A stretch of DNA of 27,700 nt, from assembly GCA_013153915.1 (NCBI GenBank), contig JAADDL010000046.1, positions 1 to 27,700 on the forward strand. The letters are read 5' to 3'. Shown here one piece after another: positions 7,965-16,068 of this stretch. This stretch comes from Campylobacterota bacterium. GTDB taxonomy: Bacteria; Campylobacterota; Campylobacteria; Campylobacterales; JALSKU01. Position 1 is the stretch's first letter. Every line of letters begins with the position of its first letter. A program made the position numbers and the translations under genes. The notes beneath the pieces were generated by a model. The model searched no databases. It was not told the origin of the DNA and saw only the letters and a program-made list of their open reading frames with translations.

Positions 7965-9790
7965 TTCTTAGATTTGATTTTGAATATGTCTCGACTTCGG
8001 GATTTTTATATGCCCTTCTTGAAAAAAAGCTCAAAGAGTCGTCTTTAAAAGGCGTTATTGCAAATGACGGCGATAAGATATCTTTGTATGTTGAGGCGGA
8101 TGAAGAGAGTTTGAAAAGTTTTGCCGACGATTTGTCGCTATCGATACCTTACTCTATATTTTTAAAAGATACGGATGTGACGGCGGTATCGAAGATGCCT
8201 ACGATATCCAAGCAGACAAAGATAAAACATAAAAGAGCTTTGCCGTTTTGTCCCGAGTGCTATAAAAAAGCCCTTAAATCGTATGACCCTTTTGTTGAGT
8301 GTGAAGCTTGCGGATACGGTGTAAAAAAGTCCGATTTGGTATATAAAAACTTTGCAAAAACCGTTACCAAAGATAATAAAGAGATATTTTCCAATCTCGC
8401 AAAAGCCGTATCAAACGGCGGTGTAGCCAAGATAAAGACATTTAACGGTATAAGATCGGTAGGTTTGGTGCAAGAGAAATATTTAGGCACAGGGGATGAT
8501 TTTGAGATAGTATGCGCCGACCTTGACGAGGTACATGAATATTTCCAACTCGATAAGGCTCAAATGCTAGCTTTGGGAAGTTTTGAAAAACCCGTTATCG
8601 CTTTGAAACCTAAAAACGGTTTTTTTCTAAAATATCCGTTTTTGGAGAGTTTGGCAAAGGTAAAGGTTAGATTGAGCGATGATTTGATACTTGAGATATT
8701 GATAAATGAGTTAAAAAGTTTTTCGCTAAAGCATATTTTTATCAAAAAAGTAAAAGCAAAGGACAGTTTCAATCTTGAGCTAGGTTTTGAGAGTGATATT
8801 CAAGATAGAGACTCTCTTGAAGCGGTGGTTTTAAAAAACGCTCAAATCGTTTTAAAAAGAGGCATAAGGACTCTTTTGCCGAAAGTGGATAAGGGCTACC
8901 AAAAAGAGGTTTGTGCTAAAAGTGAAAAATTTTTATCGAAAAATAGCAACGGATATATCGTAACAAATATCGCAAAAGAGCCTTTTGAGTGTGATAGAGT
9001 GTTTAGTCTCGCTAAAGGCGAACTATCTTACAAAGCTTCGCACGGCGCGTTTTATGCCTCTTTGAGCGAACACGGCTTGTATGATAAGACGATAGTCGGG
9101 GTGTATATGAGTAAAGAGCATGAGAGTAGCGTTATGATATACTCCGACAAGTTTGGTCTGGTGGAGCATATGAAATTTGAATTTTCATTTCCAAATAGCG
9201 TTGAAAAGCTGATGGAGTCGCTATCTAAAGAGGGTAAAACCTCTTTGAAACTGGTATCAAACTATATGTCAAAGTTTTCTAAACTAAAAGATAAAAAACT
9301 CTCTTTTTCAAAAGCGGCGGATATATTTGAACTATGGGGAGTTGCGGGTATAGTGCTTGGTCTTTATGAGGGAGAGGATGTAAAAGAGTCGGCAAAAAGA
9401 GTGCTGGAGTTAGCCGAGTCGTTTAACGGCAAAAAAGGTCCAAGGATTGATTATAAACTAAAAAGATACCAAGATAAACCCGTTCTTGACGCCTCGAAAG
9501 TGATAAAAACATCTATGAGTTATAAGCTGGCGTCCATGGATGCGTTCACTTTATGCTACGGTATAGTGGAGAGTTTTGCGGAGTTTGTAAACGACCTTAT
9601 AGATGAGATGGCAAAGGATTATAGTGTTGAAGGGGTCTGTTTTGGCGGTTCGCTGTTTGAGTCCGAAAAACTGCTTGAAAAGTTTTATACTATAACCGAT
9701 AAAAATTACAAAGTCTATCCATATAAAGAGTTTATACTTGATGATATGAATCTAGGATACGGAATCATCAATGCGGCACTTAGAGATTGA
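7961..9790 (+). CDS. hydE: Campylobacterota HydE-type hydrogenase accessory protein (degenerate HypF-like architecture)
   Basis: Sits between hydD and hypF. Has one CPEC..CEAC pair, and its C-terminal VCFGGSLFESEKLL parallels HypF VVLSGGVFQNKTLL. Confidence 0.7.
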   Translation: MILRFDFEYVSTSGFLYALLEKKLKESSLKGVIANDGDKISLYVEADEESLKSFADDLSLSIPYSIFLKDTDVTAVSKMPTISKQTKIKHKRALPFCPECYKKALKSYDPFVECEACGYGVKKSDLVYKNFAKTVTKDNKEIFSNLAKAVSNGGVAKIKTFNGIRSVGLVQEKYLGTGDDFEIVCADLDEVHEYFQLDKAQMLALGSFEKPVIALKPKNGFFLKYPFLESLAKVKVRLSDDLILEILINELKSFSLKHIFIKKVKAKDSFNLELGFESDIQDRDSLEAVVLKNAQIVLKRGIRTLLPKVDKGYQKEVCAKSEKFLSKNSNGYIVTNIAKEPFECDRVFSLAKGELSYKASHGAFYASLSEHGLYDKTIVGVYMSKEHESSVMIYSDKFGLVEHMKFEFSFPNSVEKLMESLSKEGKTSLKLVSNYMSKFSKLKDKKLSFSKAADIFELWGVAGIVLGLYEGEDVKESAKRVLELAESFNGKKGPRIDYKLKRYQDKPVLDASKVIKTSMSYKLASMDAFTLCYGIVESFAEFVNDLIDEMAKDYSVEGVCFGGSLFESEKLLEKFYTITDKNYKVYPYKEFILDDMNLGYGIINAALRD

Positions 9791-12089
9791 GAGATACAAG
9801 ATAAAGATTGAGGGCGTAGTCCAAGGTGTGGGATTTCGTCCTTTTGTGTATAGTATCGCTAAAAAGCACGATATAAAAGGTTTTGTAAAAAACTCTTCGG
9901 AGGGTGTTTTTATAGAAGCGGAAGGGACAAAAGAGAGTTTGCAAAAGTTTTTACTGGAGTTTAAAACCTCTTTGCCTCCTCTTGCCAAGATAGATAAAAT
10001 CTCTTTGGAAAATATAGAGATAAAAGGAAGTTGCGATTTTAAGATAGAAAAAAGCACACACTCCGATACCAAATATGCCTCAATCTCTCCCGATATCGCT
10101 ATATGCGAGGATTGTCTTAGAGAGTTAAGAGATAAAAATGATAGAAGATACGGCTATTATTTGATAAATTGCACAAATTGCGGTCCTAGATATACTATCG
10201 TAGAGAGAGTGCCTTACGATAGGAAAAATACCTCAATGAAGAGGTTTAGGATGTGTAACGAGTGCGAAAAAGAGTATGAAGACCCAAGCGATAGACGCTA
10301 TCATGCTCAGCCTATCTCTTGCCATAAGTGCGGACCTTTGGTGAAATTTTACAAGACTTACAAAAAAGAGATATTAGCTAGCAATGAAGAGGCTATAAAA
10401 CTTTGCGCAAAAAGCATAAAAAGAGGCAATATCGTAGCCGTAAAGGGGCTTGGAGGTTTTCATATAGTGTGTAGTGCCACTTCTCCAAAGTCGGTTAAAC
10501 TGCTTAGAAAAAGAAAAAACAGACCCACAAAACCGTTTGCTGTGATGTTTAAAAGTATAGAGGAGATAAAAAAGGTAGCGATACTCACCGAAAAAGACGA
10601 GGAGTTGATACTCTCCAAAGAGAAACCTATCGTAATCGTCAAGAAAAAAGAGCCTCACAAATTTAGAAAAAGAGAGTTGCCTATCACCTCTTTTGTGGCT
10701 CCCGCTATCGATAGGATAGGGGTCTTTTTACCCTATACCCCTTTACATCATCTGCTTTTTGAATATATTGAGTGTCCTATCGTAGCTACAAGCGCAAATC
10801 TTAGTAATGAACCTATCATAAGAGATATAGACGAGTTGTGTCAAAAGCTTGATAATGTAGCGGATTATGTTTTGGATTTCAATAGAGATATCATCAATGC
10901 TTGCGATGATAGCGTGGTGCAAGCGGTAAATAACAAAAAAGAGACTCTTAGGCTCGCAAGAGGTTATGCCCCAAGATATCAAAAACTCCCCTTTAAGCTA
11001 AAAGATAAAGTACTTTGCGTGGGGGCAAACCAAAAAGCCACTATCACTTTGGCTTATGAAGATATTTTGGTGACAAGTCCTCACATCGGAGATCTTGGCA
11101 GTATAGAGTCTATGGAGTATTTTGAAAGGACTATAGAGAGCTTTAAGAGGTTTTACGATTTTGAGCCAAATATTATCGTTTGTGATAAACATCCAAGTTA
11201 CGAAACGACTAAGTGGGCAAAAGAGTACCAAAATAGCCATAGTGAAACAAAACTCTTTCAAGTCCAACACCACTACGCTCATATCCTATCTTGTATGGCG
11301 GAGTTTGATATCAATGAAAAAGTTTTGGGATTTAGCTTTGACGGTACGGGATACGGCGATGACGGAACTATATGGGGCGGAGAAGTCTTTGAATGCGATA
11401 CTAAGAGTTATGAGAGAATTTATCATTTTAAAGATATAAAGCTCATAGGAGCTAATAGGGCTATAAAAGAGCCAAAAAGAGTGGCTTTGGCTATGCTTTT
11501 TGAAGAGTACGGTTTGAAAGATACGCTAAAACTAAGCAATCCTACCGTAAAAAGCTTTACGAAAATCCAGATAAAAAATCTCTACACGATATGGAAAAAC
11601 ACAACGCTAAAAACCAGCTCTTTGGGTAGAGTTTTTGACGGAGTCGCCAGTCTTTGCGATATTTTGCAAGTGAGTAACTATGAGGGTGAAAGTGGGCTTA
11701 TTTTGGAGTCTTTTTATGACGGAAGCATAAAAGATAGTTTTGAATTTGATATCAAAGATAAAGAGATAGCTTTTAAGGATTTGGTGCAAAAAAGTTTAGC
11801 TATCATGAAAGAAAATCTAAATATAAAAGATAAAAAAAGAGCGGTTTCTACGATGTTTTTAAATACTCTTACAAAGATAATCCTTCGTATCTCTAAAGAA
11901 TCAAAGCTCGATACGGTAGTTTTAAGCGGAGGTGTTTTTCAAAACAAGACTCTTTTGGAGATGGCTACAAACGAACTTGAAAAGGCTGGTAAAAAGGTCT
12001 ATTTTCAGCAAAATACCCCTATAAATGACGGCGGTATCTCTTTGGGACAAGCTTGGTGGGCGGTAAAAAACTTAGACTCTCTATCCTAA
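9771..12089 (+). CDS. hypF: Carbamoyltransferase HypF
   Basis: Acylphosphatase GVVQGVGFRPF, Zn fingers CEDC/NCTNCGPRY/MCNECEKEY/CHKCGP, KGLGGFH, RPTKPFAVM, QHHYAH, FDGTGYGDDGTIWGGE and NDGGISLGQ. Confidence 0.97.
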   Translation: MRHLEIERYKIKIEGVVQGVGFRPFVYSIAKKHDIKGFVKNSSEGVFIEAEGTKESLQKFLLEFKTSLPPLAKIDKISLENIEIKGSCDFKIEKSTHSDTKYASISPDIAICEDCLRELRDKNDRRYGYYLINCTNCGPRYTIVERVPYDRKNTSMKRFRMCNECEKEYEDPSDRRYHAQPISCHKCGPLVKFYKTYKKEILASNEEAIKLCAKSIKRGNIVAVKGLGGFHIVCSATSPKSVKLLRKRKNRPTKPFAVMFKSIEEIKKVAILTEKDEELILSKEKPIVIVKKKEPHKFRKRELPITSFVAPAIDRIGVFLPYTPLHHLLFEYIECPIVATSANLSNEPIIRDIDELCQKLDNVADYVLDFNRDIINACDDSVVQAVNNKKETLRLARGYAPRYQKLPFKLKDKVLCVGANQKATITLAYEDILVTSPHIGDLGSIESMEYFERTIESFKRFYDFEPNIIVCDKHPSYETTKWAKEYQNSHSETKLFQVQHHYAHILSCMAEFDINEKVLGFSFDGTGYGDDGTIWGGEVFECDTKSYERIYHFKDIKLIGANRAIKEPKRVALAMLFEEYGLKDTLKLSNPTVKSFTKIQIKNLYTIWKNTTLKTSSLGRVFDGVASLCDILQVSNYEGESGLILESFYDGSIKDSFEFDIKDKEIAFKDLVQKSLAIMKENLNIKDKKRAVSTMFLNTLTKIILRISKESKLDTVVLSGGVFQNKTLLEMATNELEKAGKKVYFQQNTPINDGGISLGQAWWAVKNLDSLS

Positions 12090-14359
12090 TATAAATAACA
12101 TTTTTTAGCTCTTTTTGCTTTATTATATATCCTGTCTATGATTTTGGCGCTGTTTATCTTTTTCATAAGTTTTATAGCCAATTTGGATGTTTTGGGAGTA
12201 TTGCAAAGCATAGCTCTAAAAGTATAGTAAAGCGCTTTTTGGGGAGCCTTGTTGAGTATATTTTGGGCTTTTGCAAGAAGAAGATATCCGTAGTCCGTGT
12301 AGTTTGTGCCGAGATATTTAGCTTTGCCCGTTATGATATACAAAAGGTATCGGGCTTTCGAATTTGTGTTATAGCCTTTTATGGTGTAAATCGTACGCAG
12401 TGCTTTTTGTTTATCTTTTTTGTTGAGGTAGAATTTTGCCAATTTTATCTTTGCATCTTTTAAACCCAAAGAGGCGGCTTGTTTGTATAGTTGGATGATT
12501 TGTTTGTCATATTCGCCTTTTAGGTTTATTTTTCTTAGAAGGGTGGCTTTTTTGTAAATGGCATTATGGTATCCTTGGCTTATAGCTTTATCGTAGTAAA
12601 AGACGGCTTTTTGAGGGTTTAAATCGACACCATATCCGTTTGCATAGGCATCCGCTATGGTGAGGATTGAGCGTATGTCATCTTTTTCTTTTAGATAGTT
12701 TAAAGCTTTTTTAAAATCCCCTTCGACATATCTTGAGACGATAAGAGAGTAATATATGTCTTTTGCGTCGATATCGGACTCATCCAATAACTCTTTTAGC
12801 CATCTATCCATCTTTTTATAATCACAATTTTTTTTGTGAAAATCAACAAGATAGCGTTGGGCTTGCCTATTTTTCATTTGTGCGTAGTAGTAGTATATTC
12901 CCAAGGCTTTGTTTTCATCTTTTAGGATATTGTTATAGTAGTTTGCTATCTTCAAATCCTCGCTCGGGATATAAAAAGGCTTTTTCTCCAGCTTGCACGC
13001 TTTTTTGTAGTAAGAAAAACTCTTTTGCTTATCGGGATATATTTTGTTGGCATACAAGCTTCCAAGATAGTTTAGCGCCAAAATATTGTCTTGATTTGCA
13101 AAATACTCCAATGTTTTTCTATTTTTTTCTATATTTTTATATACCAAGGCTTCTTGGTAGGCTTTTTCTATAACGGCAGGGGTAAATTTGATATTTGTTA
13201 AATAGTTAAGATATTCATAATCCACCCTTTTTTCAAACCTCTTTTCATATTGATATAGATGCCAGTATGCTTGGGGTTTGTTTATGTGTTCGTACCATTT
13301 ATATATCTCTTTTGCCGATTTGCGGGAGTTTAGATATAGATATTTTTCGTATATTTTTGCCAAGATAAGCTTTGACTTGACATCTTGTTGAGAGTTTAAG
13401 AAGCTAACCGTGGAGTTCAAATCAAATCCGCTATAAGTTTTGTCGGAAAGCTCATAAGTGTTATCTTCGATATCAAGATCTATCAATCTATAAATAGCTT
13501 TTTTGTTGCCTAATCTATAAGATGACTTGTAAGCTTTTTGGATATTTTTTCTTGTAAAAATATCATTGTATTTGTAGATATAAAGTTTATCGTCAAATAG
13601 TTTTTTAGTCGTTTTAGAGTTGCTTGAGATGCACTTTTTGTTGTAAAGTTTTTCGTTTTCAACCATTTTGTCATATAGGTAATTTCCGACATAATATGCG
13701 GCTTTGGCATCTTTATACACCATCTCTTTTAACAAAGTGTAACCCTCTTTTTTATCCTCATTGTTTATAAGATAAACTCCAAGTATCACTTTTGCTTTAT
13801 CGTACCCTTGTCGTATCGCATTTTTGAGTAGTTTTTTAGCTCTTGTCGGGTTATAAAGAGGAGATTTTTTTAGGTAATATTTTCCAAGTTCCGTTTGAAA
13901 CTTTTTAAGGTCGGATTTGAGTGTAAAAGTGTAAAGTTTATCTAACAACTCTATCTTTTTATCAATGTTGTTTAGTCGGTCGAGTGCCGTTAGATAGTTT
14001 TTGAAATCTTTAGCCTTATAATCTTTGAAATCAACTTTTTCATACCATTTTAACGCATTTTGATACTCTTTTTCTCTAAAATATGAATCCGCTACATAGA
14101 TATTTGCTTTATCATATCCGTTTTCAAGGGCAAAAAGTGCGTATTTTCTCTCCGTAAAGGGCGGCTTTTTCACTCTATCAAGATAGATAAGTCTTGCGAT
14201 TTTTTCCGAAGCGTCAGGGAAGCCTCTTTTGGCATATTCGTAGTACTCCTCGTAGGCTTTTGCGTAATTTTTACTTCTATAATAATTTGCCGCCGCTCTT
14301 TTGTTGGCACACCCCGTAAATAAAAGCGATAAAACAAAAACTAAACTAAACAATCTCAT
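12086..14359 (-). CDS. algK: AlgK-like Sel1/TPR-repeat lipoprotein scaffold for polysaccharide export
   Basis: Lipobox LFTGC after MRLFSLVFVLSL, with AGGA 6 nt upstream of ATG 14359. Repeated Sel1-like units such as ALNYLGSLY and IADAYANGYGVDLNPQKAVFYYDKA. Last gene of the alg operon. Confidence 0.75.
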   Translation of the reverse strand: MRLFSLVFVLSLLFTGCANKRAAANYYRSKNYAKAYEEYYEYAKRGFPDASEKIARLIYLDRVKKPPFTERKYALFALENGYDKANIYVADSYFREKEYQNALKWYEKVDFKDYKAKDFKNYLTALDRLNNIDKKIELLDKLYTFTLKSDLKKFQTELGKYYLKKSPLYNPTRAKKLLKNAIRQGYDKAKVILGVYLINNEDKKEGYTLLKEMVYKDAKAAYYVGNYLYDKMVENEKLYNKKCISSNSKTTKKLFDDKLYIYKYNDIFTRKNIQKAYKSSYRLGNKKAIYRLIDLDIEDNTYELSDKTYSGFDLNSTVSFLNSQQDVKSKLILAKIYEKYLYLNSRKSAKEIYKWYEHINKPQAYWHLYQYEKRFEKRVDYEYLNYLTNIKFTPAVIEKAYQEALVYKNIEKNRKTLEYFANQDNILALNYLGSLYANKIYPDKQKSFSYYKKACKLEKKPFYIPSEDLKIANYYNNILKDENKALGIYYYYAQMKNRQAQRYLVDFHKKNCDYKKMDRWLKELLDESDIDAKDIYYSLIVSRYVEGDFKKALNYLKEKDDIRSILTIADAYANGYGVDLNPQKAVFYYDKAISQGYHNAIYKKATLLRKINLKGEYDKQIIQLYKQAASLGLKDAKIKLAKFYLNKKDKQKALRTIYTIKGYNTNSKARYLLYIITGKAKYLGTNYTDYGYLLLAKAQNILNKAPQKALYYTFRAMLCNTPKTSKLAIKLMKKINSAKIIDRIYNKAKRAKKCYLY

Positions 14360-14367
14360 ACCGTTTC

Positions 14368-16068
14368 CTAATGCCAATAGTATCTATAGTTTAAAAACAG
14401 TCTATAGATATCTTTATCTTCTAGGTACTCATACGCTTTTGAGCCCGCAAAGTACCCTATTCCTATTTTCAATTTTTGCGATTTGTTTTGGAGATATTGA
14501 TATACCAAATCAAATTCATTGCCTATCTCTTTGTCTTTCCCGTTTGTATAAAAGAAGTACTTATCGTTGAAGTTGGTCTTTGTCGGCGTATTTTGCCTAT
14601 AGTTGTGCAAAGAGGCTACTATACTTTTTTTCTCGTCCAAATCGTAGATGGCGTAAAGTGAGATGATTTGTAGATTTTCCAAAGCGGGGTCTATGATATT
14701 GCCGTAATATTTTATCTTTAGATTTTTACTCAAATAGTCCGAATCGTTACTTGCGATATACGGCTGGGTAAAGAGATCTTTCCCGCTTCCGTAAGCATAA
14801 TCAAAGGCGAAAGAGAGATTATCTTTGTAAGATAGTTTCGCCCCTATGTCAAATCCGTATCCGTCGGCTTTTTGGGTTGAATCGTATCTTGTGATATCCC
14901 CGTTGCTTATCCCCGCGTTTGCCCAATAAAAAAGGCTGTTTTTGTGTCCGTAAAGTTCCACGCCTACAAAAGATATGTCCCTTTTTTGCGTCTCTTCGTC
15001 ATTTGGTTTTGAATTTTCGTAAATATAGTATATGCCTATGTTATTTCGGTATCTATACTCATAGTTTGCGTGCAGTATCACGAAAAACGAATCTTTTAGT
15101 TTATAGTATCTGTCGTTATCGTCTATATTGACATTATCGTTAAATCTTGTAGCCAAAATAGCCTCATAATTTAAAAGATAATTTTCGCTAAAGAGTCTTA
15201 TTTGGTCTAAAGGAGCGTCATACCACCAAGATCTCAAATCCCTCGTCTTTTTTCTTCCAAGCAGTATGTTTGTCAAATCGTCATTTAAACAGTAGCTTCT
15301 TATATAAAGTTCGTTAATGTCAAGATCGATTCCGTTAGAGATATCGCCGTTGATATCTCTTCTTGAAAATATAAGCCTATCATCGGTATAAAATCTCCAA
15401 ATATCCCAAAAATATCTATCATAGATAAATCCGAGTTTTATATTTTCGTTATTGCCTCTTAACTTGGAGAGATATTTTTGACCTTCGTAGATATTTGCGT
15501 AAATATCCAGATAGAAAAAGTGGCGAGAGATAGAGGGGTGTTTGCAAGTTTGGTTTGACGGTGCAACTTGCGCAACCTCTTTGGCGGATATTTTTTCCCT
15601 GTCGTCTCTTTTTTGTTCGTTTTTCGATAGGTACTCTTTTACTTTTATCTCTATTTGCGCCAAACTCTTTTTGATATCTATCTCCCAAGGATAATCTTTC
15701 TCTTTTTTACATCCGCATTCGTTCCTGCAATAGCTTATATTTCGTTTTTTTCCTATTTTGCTATTTTGCCTTTTTGGCTTGATATCTATCACTTTTCCCA
15801 AGGAGGGGTTGTACTTTACGATAAGCGGATGTTTGTAGTATCTTTTTACTCTCTTTAAAAATTTTTTTGCGGATTTATAGTTTGCAAAAGGCTCTATTTT
15901 GTATTCGATAAATCTACTGTATCTTTTTATAATGCCGTTTGGAAATCTTTTTAAAAATTTGTAGGCGGCTTTTTGGTTTAATGTTTTTGAACTAAAGGCT
16001 ATGATGGCGTACTCTTTGGCAAGTAGCGGACTTATTAGCAAAAAGATAATAACAATCACTCTTTTCAT
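14368..16068 (-). CDS. algE: AlgE-like alginate export outer-membrane beta-barrel with N-terminal SPOR-like domain
   Basis: Signal peptide, INELY, LLGRKKTRDLRSWWYDAPLDQIR, many alternating aromatic strands, EIGNEFDL and terminal RLFLNYRYYWH. Operon context supports the call. Confidence 0.82.
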   Translation of the reverse strand: MKRVIVIIFLLISPLLAKEYAIIAFSSKTLNQKAAYKFLKRFPNGIIKRYSRFIEYKIEPFANYKSAKKFLKRVKRYYKHPLIVKYNPSLGKVIDIKPKRQNSKIGKKRNISYCRNECGCKKEKDYPWEIDIKKSLAQIEIKVKEYLSKNEQKRDDREKISAKEVAQVAPSNQTCKHPSISRHFFYLDIYANIYEGQKYLSKLRGNNENIKLGFIYDRYFWDIWRFYTDDRLIFSRRDINGDISNGIDLDINELYIRSYCLNDDLTNILLGRKKTRDLRSWWYDAPLDQIRLFSENYLLNYEAILATRFNDNVNIDDNDRYYKLKDSFFVILHANYEYRYRNNIGIYYIYENSKPNDEETQKRDISFVGVELYGHKNSLFYWANAGISNGDITRYDSTQKADGYGFDIGAKLSYKDNLSFAFDYAYGSGKDLFTQPYIASNDSDYLSKNLKIKYYGNIIDPALENLQIISLYAIYDLDEKKSIVASLHNYRQNTPTKTNFNDKYFFYTNGKDKEIGNEFDLVYQYLQNKSQKLKIGIGYFAGSKAYEYLEDKDIYRLFLNYRYYWH

